The notes beneath the pieces were generated by a model, which ran no database searches, was not told the DNA's origin, and worked only from the letters and a program-made list of their open reading frames with translations. From the human T2T-CHM13v2.0 reference genome, Homo sapiens: 64,000 nt of DNA. The position numbers and the translations under genes were made by a program. The DNA lies in the NCBI RefSeq assembly GCF_009914755.1, contig NC_060928.1. One strand, given 5' to 3'. Below are positions 11,841-26,180 of this stretch, piece after piece (the stretch's first letter is position 1; every line of letters starts with the position of its first letter).

Positions 11841-14800
11841 ATTTGAGTCGTGTTTCATTAGGTATTTTGCTTATCTCTGGCTTAATAGTGAGATTGGACA
11901 TTATCTCGTGCCCTGCTGTAATTGGTGAAAGAGACTAATTTCAGCATTTCTATGGGGGGAAAGAATTTGGATATACCAAGATGTCAGGAATAAAAATAGT
12001 GCGAAAGAAGTAATGAAATTACAATGAGTCACTTAGAACAGGCAGAAGAGTTGTTTTATTTTTCTCACACATGAAGAAAATAGAAAACGTAAGGAGATTG
12101 GAAATCAAAAAGGCAATTGAACGGAGTTCCCAAACTTTGTCATAAGGGTGAGTTGGTTAATAAATGCAGGGATGTGTTCAATATTCCCTTTCCCTGGTTT
12201 TATTTAGTGTCCTATCCTGTCCTGAGTTTTTGGAGATTTAAATGTCAACAAATGGCTTTATGCTTTCAGTTTGAGAAGTACTGGCGGGAGTTGATATGGT
12301 GTATGAATTTTGCCAAGATATTCTGAGATACTTTCTCTTTTTGGCAGAAATAACATTTGATACAGGAACCTGATCAAGTATAATTGAAATCAGATTCCAT
12401 TTTGATAGATGAGGTAGAAGTATCCTCTCTATAAATAAAGCAAGATGCTGTCAATATGTGAATTTACAAGAGCTGAGTCTTCTAACCTCTTACTCTAGCT
12501 GAAGAATTTTAGTTAATCTCAAAGTCAAGTATAGTATGTATTTCCTATGAATTGAAGATAAAATAACATTACTTATGAATATTACTTGCCATGTAGGAGG
12601 AATTGTGTTGCATATTTAAAGTACATTAAATTTTAATGAATTAATATATCTTTACTTTGTTTTTTAAGAATTTTCATTTAGAATGTCTTTTGTAAATTTT
12701 AAATTTTTAAGGTTATATACATGTGAAATAAAGAAATGCAGAAAAAAAATTTAGATTAAATCCTTACACAAATCCTCATGCATGTATGTATTTCCATGTT
12801 TTGATAAATATATATTTGCAGTAGTAGTATCAGAGACCTGAAAATAACCAGAAAAGTGAAACGTAACCAAGGTTCATTTGGGATTTGAAAACTAAAATAT
12901 GCCATAGGAAGTGCAAATTACCTATTTATAAAAACTAAATTTTGCCTGGTTTATTTAATTTTTTTAATTTTTAATATATCTATATCTATTATAAAATTAT
13001 TAAATCATGTATTTTCTCTTTATTACTTATTTTTTTAGGATTTATCAGAAAGCAATTTTTGGTTAAAATGCTAAGAGAAAAGATAAAACAAAATTTCCAC
13101 ATGAAAAAAGCTAAAGAGTCAAACAAAAATTTCCTATTTCACATCTGTATAGTATTTATCTTAACGCTATTTATTTTGTAAAATATGATATTGTATAATA
13201 ATTATTTTTGAAAGAGCCATGCCTTATGTTGAATTACATGAAAAATTACATGACTTTTGTTTAAGTCAAAACAACCAAGTTCCAACAATTTCAAAATATT
13301 CAACCTTTGTATGTATCAGAGCTTCATTTTTTCTTTTTGTATTTCCGTTGTGTAGTAGTATGGGAGTATTGGGAAATCTTTGACTTCTTTGGCTCATAAT
13401 ATTTTTCATGCACAGCATTTTGTAAATTTAAGTTAACTAATGGCTAAGACCATTTATCCACTTTATGGCAATAGTTGTACCTTATAGGGATTTGCATTAA
13501 ACAATCTATTATTATTATGGTTTTATGATGATTTGTCCTGAATTTTCTCAAAGGAAATATCTATTGAAAGGGAGAAAAGGAAAAGACAATCTGAAATTTA
13601 GGAAAATCTCAGAAAACAAGAGAAAAAAAGATTTATTTGATAATGCAGTAAGGTATGCATTTATAAATCTTACTAGTTCCCAAAACAAAAATCTATTTCT
13701 ATTGCATCTTTAAATAGCAATTTTACTGTTTTAAACAACACTTAGAGTCAATCATAGACATTATGAAATGGAAGGCAGATGTAGAGGTCACTATTTAAGC
13801 AAGTTTTACTTGACCTTTTCCAATCTAATCTGTCTCTATTCTATTTCTAATAATCTCCAGGGATGGATATTTCAGAACATTTTTTAGTAAAATGTTTCAA
13901 TGCTTAAGAACCATGAGTACTGAACAATTTCTCTAGTTATTTATCTTATTTTCATATAATTATAAAAAATAACAAATGTTTATTTGATATTTTGAAAGGT
14001 ACAGAAATTAACAAGGAAGGAGTTAACACCTCCACTCTCATAATCCTACTGGTGACTTCTGTATAGCTAAAATAATTCCTGTTGGTATCATATTCTTTAG
14101 TTCTATACTCACTGGAAAAAGAAAAATACCTAGGCATGCTTCTCCATATTGTTTAACAGTTCTCTTCTTTAGTTTTTAATTTCTTATCTTCTGGTATCAC
14201 AATTCTTTTTTTTTTTTTTTTGTAAACTTTCTAAATTCTTCGTATCTCTAAATTGTGAAACCCCAACTCAGTAAAATATCTTCTTAGTAGTATTGTTAAT
14301 AATGATTCTATATGTTTTTACTTTGGACCTTTGTTATTCCCTGGTAGTACATTAAAATTTTGAGGTTACATTAATCCTTTTAAACCATCAGAATATCAAT
14401 TAGTGCAATTTATTAGTTTTTGAAGCATACTGGAAATAATTTGACAACATAATAAAGGGAGAAGCAAACCTAAATATATCTCTATTTGAAATTCCATAGC
14501 TTGCTAAAGTGTAATTACTGCGTGAATACCTTTTAATAATTCTCCTTGGAGGCTGAGATTATGGTTATATGCAGGGGAGAAGGGGGATGGAAAATAGATG
14601 TTTTATTGTTCTAAAACCTAGGTAGGTGGATTCATTAACACAGAACATTTTTGGAAAAATAAAACAAAAATTATGCATGTGAGAGACTCAAGAATACTTC
14701 AGGGAAATTACCACAAAGCAATAAGTTATATATTGATTCACTTAGCAAATACTAATTGAATGACTACCATAATGCTGTCACCATAGAAAAAGTAATGATA

Positions 14801-15667
14801 TGTTCCCTTCCCTGGGAGAATCTCACATTTTGATAGAAAAGACTGAAATATGAACCAATAATTACAGTACAATATGAGCAGATGGAAGTTCAAAGTGTAG
14901 TGGCAGAACAAACTGGGGTGTCTGGGAAGACTTCATAGATGAGGCATCATTTGCATTCCCTCCTAAAGACTGAGTAACTTCTTCAGGTAGGTGTATGACA
15001 GGACAATTGTCTGTGCTTGGGATATCAGATATATGCAAGTGGTGAGAGTAAGAAGTAAGAAACCTTATTTTTATGTGTGTGAAAAAAATTTCATTTATAA
15101 AGAAAAAGCAGATTTCTGAGTAATGTTCTTCATAAAACTATTGTATAGATAAGGCCAAAATTTTATTATTTTTTTTTCTGAATTTCCTGAATTTTCTTAT
15201 TTCTAAGTTCTTTTGTCTATCGTTAATTTTTTTGAAACAAAAGATTATTATACAGTCTTAAATCATTATACTCATCAAATGTGTGCACTACAATGGAAAG
15301 CAAGAGATTTAACATTGTTTATACTAAATTTTCCACTCTGTGTTTCTTGTCGTTGGCTTTGTATTCCATAAAATGGGTAAAATAGATTATATTATCTTGT
15401 TATTATTTTGTTAATATTGTTAATATGTTGTCCAACAAAAATATTCTAAATGTTTAACTATACCTATAAGAAGACATTGCTTCGAATATTAGAATGGTAA
15501 AAAATATCTGGGCTATTTAGTTTTCTTGATATTCTGAATTGAATATTGTGAGGAACTATGATTTTGAGAACTAAAGTGGAAATGTTTTTAATTATCTTAG
15601 TGAGTAGTTTTGGGAATAATGAAATGTGATCTTCACAGCCTTGCATAAGAGATTGTTTACCCTACCA

Positions 15668-15669
15668 AG

Positions 15670-15707
<38 letters not shown>

Positions 15708-15720
15708 AGAAGAGAGAGAG
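15668..15720. repeat. (GA)n microsatellite
   Basis: Directly visible. Confidence 0.92.
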
Positions 15721-17701
15721 CTGGATTTTTCTCAAAGAAAAACATCTTAAATATACCAGAGCTACATTCAAGTGTAGACAAGGATAACTCAAGAAACATA
15801 AAATCAATCATGTGTAAGAGCTGTGGAGAGCTGTGCTCCATTCCTACTTCCTTCTTAGAAGTTATTCCAGATCCTAATTAAAACTGGTTTTTATTATTAT
15901 TTAAATGTTCCACAGGGAAAGGCTTGTCACCTTTTAAAAATACTTTTGCAGTACAAAGTTCCTCAATGTCATGGCATAAGGATACAGGCAGGAAAAGACA
16001 AATGAGCTTTGGCAATGTTTTCCCACATGGATAAATCCAGAAGGAGAAGCTAATAAATCAGGAAGGGTCATTGCCTTGAAAAGGAACATTGTCCATTCCT
16101 GAATATTTCAGACTTACATAAATGGGCTCCTCAAGATTCGTTTTACCTTTCATCATTTCTACATCAAAGGGGGAGGGGAGAACTAATGGCTAAGCTAAGG
16201 CTAACACTAAAGCAAACATAAATAATTTCAAAATCAGAAAAATGTATCTATTTTCATAACAATGTACAAATCTAAAAGAAACTAAGCATTTTTAAATTGG
16301 GAGAGAATAGAAATGGATAAATATTTGGTCAATGGTCTATGAAAACTGGAGAAGAAATGATCAGTGTAATGTAAGAAGCTAACCAACGGCATCCATGTTG
16401 CTGCAAAGGACATAATTTTTTTTATGGGTATGTGGTATTCCATGGGGTATATGTACCACATTTTCTTTATCCAGTACATTCTCGACGGGCACCTAGGTTG
16501 ATTCCATGTCTTTGCTATTGTGAATAGTGCTGCAAAGAACATATGAGTGCATGTGTCTTTTTTATAGAATGATTTATTTTGTTTCGGATATATACTTAGT
16601 AATGAAATTGCTCAGCTGAACAGTCATTCTGTTTTAAGTTATTTGAGAAATCTTCCATGAACAGTGTATAAACATTCCATTTTCTCCACAGCTTCACCAG
16701 TATCTTTTTTTTTTTTTTTGACATTTTAACAATAACCATTCTGACTGGTGTGAGATGGTATCTCATTGTGGTTTTGATTTGCATTTCTCTGATGTAATGA
16801 TGTTGACATTTTCTTATATATTTATAGTCTTCTCCTATGCCTTCTTTTGAGAATGCCTATTCATGTCTTTTGCCCACTTTCTAACGGGATATTACTTTTT
16901 GCTTCTTGAATTAAGTTCCCCATAGATTCTGGATATTAGACTTTTGTTGGATGCATAGTTTGAAAATATTTTCTCCCATTCTGTAGGTTGTCTGCTTACG
17001 CTGTTGGTAGTTTCTTTTGCTAAGCAGAAGCTCTGTAGTTTCATTAGGTCTCACTTGTCAATTTTTGTTTCTGTTGCAATTGCTTTTGAGGTCTTAGTCA
17101 TATATTGTTTTCCAATGTCAATGTCCAAAATTATGTTTCCTAGATTTTCCTCTAGGATTCTTATAGTTTGAGGTCTTACATTGAAATCTTCAATCCATTT
17201 TTTGTTAGTTTTTGTATATGGTGAAATGCAGGGGAGGAGTTTCATTCTTCTGCATATGGCTAGCCAGCTATCCTAGCACCATTTATTGAATAGGGAGTCC
17301 TTTCTCCATTGCTTGTTTTTGTCAACTTTGTTGAAGATTAGATAACTGTGGATGTGCAGCTTTATTTCTGGGTTCTCTATTGTGTTCCATTGGCCTGTGT
17401 GTCAGTTTTTGTACCAGTACCATGCTGTTTTAGTTATTATAGCCTAATAGGATAGTTTCAAGTCAGATAGGGTGATGCCTCCAGCTTTTTCTTTTTGCTC
17501 AGGATTGCTTTGGCTATTTCTGCTCTCCTTTTTTGGTTCCATATGAAGTTTAGAATAGTTTTTGTCTAACGCTGTGAAAAATGATGTTGGTAGTTTCATA
17601 GGAATAGTGTTGTATCTGTAGATTACTTTGGGCAATATGGCCATTTTAATGATATTGATTCTTCTAATCCATTAGCATGGAATGTTTTTCCTTTTATTTG
17701 T

Positions 17702-18384
17702 TATATTGGTCTGTTCTCATGCTGCTAATGAAAAGCATACCCAAAGACTGGGTAATTTCTAAAGGAAAGAGATTTAATGGACTTAACGGTTCCACATGGT
17801 TGGGGAGGCCTCACAATCGTGGCAGAAGGTGAAGGAGAAGCAAAGCCATGTCTTACATGGCAGCAGACAAGAGAGCATGTGCAGGGGAACTGCCCTTTTA
17901 TAAAACCATCAGATCTTGTGAGACTTATGCACTATTAAAAGAACAGCATAGGAAAAAATTGCCCCCATAATTCAACTACCTCCCACCAGGTCCCTCCCAC
18001 AGCACATGGGGATGATTATTATATTATTTATTTATTTATTTATTTTTGAGACAGAGTCTTGCTCTGTCACCCAGGCTGGAATGCAGTGGCTTTATCTCCA
18101 CTCACTGCGAGCTCCTCCTTCCGGGTTCGTGCCATTCTCCTGCCTCAGCCTCCTGAGTAGCTGGGACCACAGGTGCCCGCCACCACGCCCAGCTAATTTT
18201 TTGTATTTTTAGTAGAGACCAGGTTTCACCCTGTTAGCCAGCATGGTCTTGCTCTCCTGACCTCGTGATCTGCCCAGCTCGGCCTCCCAAAGTGCTGGGA
18301 TTACAGGTGTGAGCCACCACGCCCAGCCAATTATTATAAATTCAAGGTGAGATTTGGGCGAGGACACAGAGCCAAACAATATCA
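17702..18384 (-). mobile_element. THE1-type MaLR solo LTR containing an AluY
   Basis: GACTGGGTAATTT...GGGGAGGCCTCACAATC, end CCAAACAATATCA; 5-bp TSD TTTGT at 17697-17701 and 18385-18389. Confidence 0.9.
18016..18328 (-). mobile_element. AluY-type SINE nested in THE1
   Basis: GCCATTCTCCTGCC, TGTTAGCCAG, GACCTCGTGATC; (TTTA)n tail. Confidence 0.9.
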
Positions 18385-18447
18385 TTTGTATCACCTTGAT
18401 TTCTTTGAGCAGTGTTTTGCAGTTCTCCTTGTGGAGATCTTTTACCT

Positions 18448-18872
18448 TGATGTAGTTTGGATATTTGTCTCCACTCAAATCTGATGTTGAATTGTAATCC
18501 CCAGTGTTGGAGGTGGGGGAATTGGTGGGAGGTGATTGGATCATGGGGGCAGATTCTCTCATGGGTTGGTGCTGTCCTCGCAATAGTGAATCACAAGATC
18601 TGATTGTTTGAAAGTGTGTGGCACCTCCCCCTCCTCTTGCGCTTGCTCTCACCATGCAAAGTGCCTACTCCTGCTTCTGTCACGAGAAAAAGCTGCCTGA
18701 GGCCTCCCCAGAAGCTGAGCAGAGGCTGGTGCCATGCTTCCTGGACAGCCTGCAGAACCATGAGCTAATTAAACCTCTTTTCCTTTTAAATTACCCAGTA
18801 TCAGGTTTTTTGTTTTTTGGGTTTTTTTTTTTGTTTGTTTTTTTAATAGCAATGCAAGAACGACCTAATACA
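18448..18872 (+). mobile_element. MST-type MaLR solo LTR (MSTA/B)
   Basis: TGATGTAGTTTGGAT...CTAATACA; 5-bp TSD TACCT at 18443-18447 and 18873-18877. Confidence 0.9.
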
Positions 18873-19307
18873 TACCTCCATGGTTAGATATATTCCTGAG
18901 TATTTTATTTATTTTGTGGCTACTGTAAATATGATTGTGTTCTTGATTTGGCTTTCAGCTTGAATGTTATTAGTCTCGAAATGCTCCTGATTTTTGTACA
19001 TTGATTTTGTATCCTAAAACTTACCTGAAGTCATTTATCAGTTTCAGGAGCCTTTTGGCAGAGTCTTTACGATTTTATAGGTCACGATCATATTGTCAGT
19101 GAAGAGAGACAATTTGCCTTCTTCCTTCCTATTTGGATGCCTTTTATTTCTTTCTCTTGCCTCATTGCTCTGGCTAGGACTTCCAGTACTATGTTGAATA
19201 GGAGTGGTGAGAATGGGCATCCTTGTTTTGTTCTGGTTCGCAAAAGGAATGCTCCAGCTTTTGCTCATTCAGTATTATGTCAGCTGTGGGTTTGTCATAA
19301 TTGGCTT

Positions 19308-19566
19308 CTTTTATTTTGAGGTTTGTTTCTACTATGCCTAGTCTGTTAAGAATTTTTATCATGAAGGAATGTTGGATTTTTATCTAAAACCTTTTCCATG
19401 TCTATTGAGATGATCATATGGTTTTTTCTTTTAATACTTTTTATTTTGAGGTATGTTTCTTCTATGCCTAGTCTGTTAGGAATTTTTATCATGAAGGAAT
19501 GGTGGATTTTTATCAAAAACTTTTTCCATATCTATTGAGATGATCATATGGTTTTTGCTTGTAATT
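19308..19566. repeat. 130-bp tandem duplication inside L1PB
   Basis: TTATTTTGAGGT...GAGATGATCATATGGTTTT repeated with period 130 (19311 vs 19441). Confidence 0.93.
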
Positions 19567-19665
19567 CTGTTTATGTGATGAAGCACACTGATTTGTGTGT
19601 GTTCAGCTTACCTTACATCCCAGGAATGAAGCCTACTAGATTGTAGTGAATTCGCTTTTTGATGT

Positions 19666-20132
19666 TGTGATGGTTAATACTGAGTGTAAACTTGATTGGA
19701 TTGAGGGGTACAAAGTATTAATCCTGGGTGTGTCTGTGTGGGTGTTGCCCAAAAGAGATTAACATTTGAGTCAGTGGGCTGGGGAAAGCAGATCCACCCT
19801 TAATCTGGTGGGCACAATCTAATCAGCTTCCAACGAATATAAAGCAGGCAGAAAAACATGAAAAGCCGAGATGGGCCTAGTCTCCCAGCCTACATCTTTC
19901 TTCCAGGCTGGATGCTTCCTGCCCTGGAACATTGGCCTCCAAGTTCTTCAGTTTTGAGACGTGGACTGTCTCTCCTTTCTCCTCAGCTTGCAGACAGCCT
20001 ATTGTGGGACCTTGTGATCATATAAGCTAATATTTAATAAACTCCGATATATATATCAAGAGATATATATATCTATATATATCCTATTAGTTCTAGGTTC
20101 CAGGGTTCTCTAAGAGTACTCTGACTAATACA
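19666..20132 (+). mobile_element. MLT2A-type ERVL solo LTR
   Basis: TGTGATGGTTAATACTGAGTG...GACTAATACA; 5-bp TSD GATGT at 19661-19665 and 20133-20137. Confidence 0.92.
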
Positions 20133-20161
20133 GATGTGTGCTACTGGATTTGATTTGCTAG

Positions 20162-20548
<387 letters not shown>

Positions 20549-21828
20549 TAATTTTCTTTTCTTTGTGTCTTTCCCAGGTTTTGGTATCAGGATTATGCTG
20601 GCTTTGTAGAATGAGTTAGGAAGTTCCTCAGCCTTGAATTTTTGAATAGTTTCAGTAGAATTGGTACTAGCTCCTCCTTTGTACATCTAGTAGAATTCAG
20701 CTGTGAATCCGTCTGGTCTAGGGCTGTTTTTGGTTTGTAGGTTTTTTATCACTGATTCAATTTTGGGACCCAATCTTGGTCTGTTCAGAGTTTCAATTTC
20801 TTCTTGATTCCTGTGTGTTTCCAGGAATTTATCCATTTCCTCTAGATTTCCTAGTTTTTGTGAATAGAAGTGTTCATAATAGCCTCTGAGGATCTTTTGT
20901 ATTTCAGTAGGATCAATTGTAATGTCACCTTTATCATTTCGATTGTGCTTATTTGTATCATCTCTCTTTTTTCTTTGTTAATCTAGCTACTGATCTAACC
21001 ATTTTGTTTGTGCTTTCACAAAACCAACTTTTGATTTTATCAATTCTTTGTAAGCATTTTGGAGTCTTAATTTCATGCATTTCTTCTCCGATTTTCATTA
21101 TTCCTTTTCTTCTGCTAGTTTTGAGCTACTTTGTTGTTGCTTTTCTTGTTCCTCTAGGTGTGATTTTCTTGTTCCTCTAGATCATTAATTTGAGATATTT
21201 TCAACTTTTTAGGTAGGTGTTTAGTGCTATAAACTTTCCTCTTAACACTGCTTTTGCTGCATCCCAGATATTTTGGTATGTTGTGTCTCTGTTTTCCTTT
21301 ATTTCAAAGATTGTTTTTTGAAAAATTCTGCCTTAATTTTGTTGGTTGCCCAAAAGTTATTCAGAAGCCAGTTTATTTTCCATGCAGTCCAATGATAATG
21401 TGATTAGGTAAATTATTAGGTGATTGAGTACCAAACCTCAGGAATTCTAGGAGCACATTTTGTCTCAATACTCATTTACCATATCTTGAAGCAATCGAAC
21501 AAGAAACAGCTGTTTGCTGAGTATCATATTGGTGTCTTTAAATTGATTGTGTGTTGTATGCACAAGTATGGATATGCCTTCATATCTGTCATGAGGAACT
21601 CATGGTTTGTAAGCTTTAGCTTTTTGATCTGGTACTCCGAATCTACATATCACCTTGGTCCTTGAAGCCAGGATCCACTTATTTCACTGGATCTCTGTGC
21701 ATTCGTTTATTTTTTTTTTTTTTTGACATGGCCATATCTTATATTTTTATATTAAGAAAAAAAAGACTCACTCAAATCAACAGCAAGTACATAAATTATT
21801 TGAAACCTAATAATTGAAAGGAGTAAGT

Positions 21829-24082
21829 GGAAGTTCTGATCATGGGTAGAGAAGTAGGTATATTTTATCTGTATCTCCATCAAATACAGCTCTAAAACCT
21901 AGACAGAATTATGTAGTATATATTTCAGGCCCTTGAAAAGTAAGGAGTAGCTGACAGATAAGGAAAGAAGACCCAAATTCAAAGTACACCAAATTGGTGG
22001 TGAGTTTCCCATTTTCTTCTGGTATATCCTGGCCTGATGCAAAGAAGTCCCAAACTCAAAGGAGGGCACCAAGATGTAGTTAGAGAGAGTTCTGGGAGAA
22101 GGCCTCTAGTTGTATCTTGAACAATGAGAAAGAGGTCTCCAAATGCTCATGTCGTTAGGAAGAGTTCTGGGAGAAATCCTGTATCTTGAGCAATGAGAAA
22201 GGGGTCTCCAAATGCTCAGAGTGGGAAAAAGCCCCCATTTGTTTTTCATTGTTTTTGTTCTTTTACCATTTTTCTAACACATAAATCCACATTGGCTATG
22301 GAAACAGCAGCAACAGTGGTGATAGCAGAAGCCTAGAGGTATCAAAAATTCAAAGGGAAGATCTTCTCCAGTTGGAGGAATTATGGTTCCAAAAAGGTTG
22401 AGTAAACCCCTTTCCACTGGCCTTATGCTCGTTGGCCCTATGCAGGCCCCGATAGGGCCTATACCCATTGGCCCTATACAGGCATAGAGTCATAGAAGCG
22501 TGCAGCAGAATGGGGGCAACTGAACCTCTGCTTTTGACCAAGGCTCAAAAATGGAAGGGGCTTGGAAAAGAGAACTATAAAGTTATTTATAAACACCTGG
22601 GGTCACTCCTGAGCTCTAAATTCATGAATCAGATCTCATCATAAACACATGCCAAAGACATTGAGAATGAAGTAACAGATAAATCACCAATGATCATCCA
22701 GGTACCAGACTGACCACTGAGTGGCTTACACAGGGGAGAGATATGAGTAATCATTGGAAAGGTTAGAAAACAGAACTGACACTCACAGAAATCTGGTTGG
22801 AACTTGTGACTGGATGTTAACTATATATATTACCTGTTAATACTACAATATGAACATTCTTTATAGAATTTTAGTAAGAAGTGGAGTCTCATAACATAAT
22901 ATTGAAACTTCCAAGATGGAATCTAAAATTATTTGGGACATGAAGAACATAAAAACTTCTACTTATATGGGAAAAGGCAATGCCAAGATGACATATGTTT
23001 TGAAATTATCTGAAAAATACTTCAGAACAGCTATCATAAAAAAAAGCTTGAAGAAGTAAGGGTGAAGGCTCTTAAAATGAATGAAAAGATAGAAAATCTC
23101 AGCAGAGAAATGGAAGATGCAAAGAAGAAATAAGTGGAAATTTTAGAACTGAAAATACAATAATAGCAACAAAAACATTAATAAACAGGTTCAATTTCAG
23201 AATGAAGATGATAGAAGAAATCATCAGTAAACTCAAAGATAGATTAATAGAAATTATCCAATGTGAACATTTAAGGAAAAATAGTGAAAAAATATAAATG
23301 GAACCTATGGCACAATAACAGGAGGTAAGACATTTATGCCATTAAAAACTCAGAGGAAAGGAGAAAGACTATGATGTTGAAAAAGTATTTGGAGATATAA
23401 TGGCTGAAAATTTTCCAAATTTGGGTAAAGAGATGAATCTACAGATTTTAGGAGTTCAGCAAATCCTAAACAGGACAAACTCAAAGAAATCCAAACCCAG
23501 ACACATAGTAATTAAATTCTTGAACTAAATAATAATTAAATTCTTGAAATAAATATATATATATATTTAGTTATATATATAGAACCTTATTAAGTTATAC
23601 TTATATATATATAACCTTAATGGTACTGAGGAACAGTGACCCACTACTTATAGGGAACAATAATTCAAGTGATTTTGTTTTGTCTTTAGAAACTATGGAG
23701 GCAAGAAAAAAGTAGGACAAAATTTTTAAGGAGCTGAAAGAGTGAACTCTCAACCCAGAATTCCATATTCAGTAAAATATCCTTCAGGAATGAAATTGAA
23801 ATATAAACATTTTCAGATGAAGGAAAACTAGGAGAAGTAATTCAGCAGCAAAGCTGTTCTAAAATAATTATTTTAAAAAGTCTTCAGACAGAAGGGAAAT
23901 ACTACCAGAAGAAAATTTAGACCATCAAGATGAAGGAAGAGCAGAAATGGTAATTGTCTGTGTAAATATAATAGATTGGTTCTCTTCTTTAAAATATGTC
24001 TGATGGTTGAAATAAAAAATATAACAACTTAGTCAAATCTCAAAGGCTGCATGCAGGGTGAAAGAAGCCAGCCTCATATTGT
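21829..24082 (+). mobile_element. Ancient L1M 5' region and ORF1 remnant
   Basis: ATAATGGCTGAAAATTTTCCAAATTTG, CAACCCAGAATTCCATATTCAG, AACATTTTCAGATGAAGGAAAACT. Confidence 0.75.
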
Positions 24083-24094
24083 ATGACATTCTTT

Positions 24095-24433
<339 letters not shown>

Positions 24434-24691
24434 TGATGTCTTCTGTGATTCCTTCTACCCCCAATCTAATGTAACTATCACCTTCATGCCTGTCATGTCA
24501 CCTGGTTTTATCTGACTCATAGCGTCCTAGCAATTATTACAATATAAGTCATCTTGTTTTAGACTTGTTTTACTTGTTGTCTGTCTCCTCCTCCCCCGCC
24601 CCATCTGTTTGTCCAGTGAATTTGCTGATTTTAGTTGTCACTGTATTCTTAGTGTTTAGAATAACAGCTAATACATATAGACATTCAATTG

Positions 24692-24692
<1 letters not shown>

Positions 24693-24751
<59 letters not shown>
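24693..24751. repeat. (CT)n(AT)n microsatellite
   Basis: Directly visible, adjoining an Alu tail. Confidence 0.92.
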
Positions 24752-25053
<302 letters not shown>

Positions 25054-25150
25054 AAATATATATTTTTAATGGCTTAATTAATTAATATTTTAGGAAGCCT
25101 GATACTAATACATTCATACTGAATGAATTGGAATGTAGTGTCTTAATAGC

Positions 25151-25546
25151 TATATTAGTTTTCTAGGACTGCCATAACAAAATCCTATAGATAAGGTGGT
25201 TTGAGCAAAAGAAATGTATTTTCTCACCATCCTGCAGGTTGAAAGTCTGAGACTGATGTATCAATAGATTTCATTTCTCTGAGACCTCTCTCCTTCTTGA
25301 TGGTGGTCACCATCTTGCTGTCGTGGTTGTTTCCCATTGCATATGCACTCCTAGTGTCTGTCTGTGTGTTCAATTTCTTCTTCATATAAGGACACAATCA
25401 GATTTGATTATGCCTACTCTAAAGGCTTCACTTTGACTTAATCGCCTCTTTAAATGCTCTGTCTCCAAATACAGTCACATTTTGAGCTACTAGGGGTTAA
25501 GACTTTAACATAGAAATTCTGTGGAGACATAATTCAGCCCATAACA
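25151..25546 (-). mobile_element. MLT1 (B/C-like) MaLR solo LTR
   Basis: TATTAGTTTTCTAGGACTGCCATAACAAA...AATTCAGCCCATAACA; TSD ATAGC at 25146-25150 and 25547-25551. Confidence 0.85.
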
Positions 25547-25551
25547 ATAGC

Positions 25552-25947
25552 TGTCTTAGTTTGTTTTGTGCTGCTATAACAAAAAATACCTGAGAGTAGG
25601 CAATTTATAAAGAACAGAAATTTATTTATCACAGTTCAGGAGACCGGGAAGTCCAAGATCAGGGCACCAGCAGGCTCAACTGTCTGGACAGGACTGCTTT
25701 CTGTTTCCAAGATGGAGTTTTGGCATCATTTGCATGGGAGGAACACTGCATGCTCACAGAGCGGAGGGACAGAAGGGTGAAAAGGGACAAACTCCCTCAG
25801 TCAAGCCCTTCATAAAAGTTGCCTAATCCCATTCATGAGGGCTCTGACTCAATCAGCTTTCAAAGTCCACAACTCCCAATACTGTTGCATTGGGGATTAA
25901 ACTTTAACATGAATGTTGGAGGGAACAAAAGCAATCAAACCATATTC
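25552..25947 (-). mobile_element. MST-type MaLR solo LTR abutting MLT1
   Basis: TGTCTTAGTTTGTTTTGTGCTGCTATAAC...CAAACCATA; ATAGC recurs at 25948-25952. Confidence 0.85.
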
Positions 25948-26180
25948 ATAGCTAACATATTTTTAGTGCTTGTTAGATTTACAGATGTTGTTATAGCACT
26001 TTCTGTGTATTCCTTTATGTAAGCTTCATAACAATTTCATGAGAAAATTACCATTTTTATACTTGATCTATAGATGAGGAAAAGAACCACAAAGAGGTTA
26101 GAATCATTTGCCCAAAGTCACATATACTAAGTGGTGAACCCGTAAGATAAAATCAGAAAGTTTGAGTTTAGAGCTCTTAT
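25948..26180 (-). mobile_element. MIR SINE
   Basis: ATAGCTAACAT...AGATGAGGAAA...GAGGTTA...TTGCCCAAAGTCACA core. Confidence 0.8.

Noticed and set aside
21708-21724. Poly(T) tract as the tail of a processed pseudogene
   Set aside because: No TSD or recognisable mRNA-like body found next to it.
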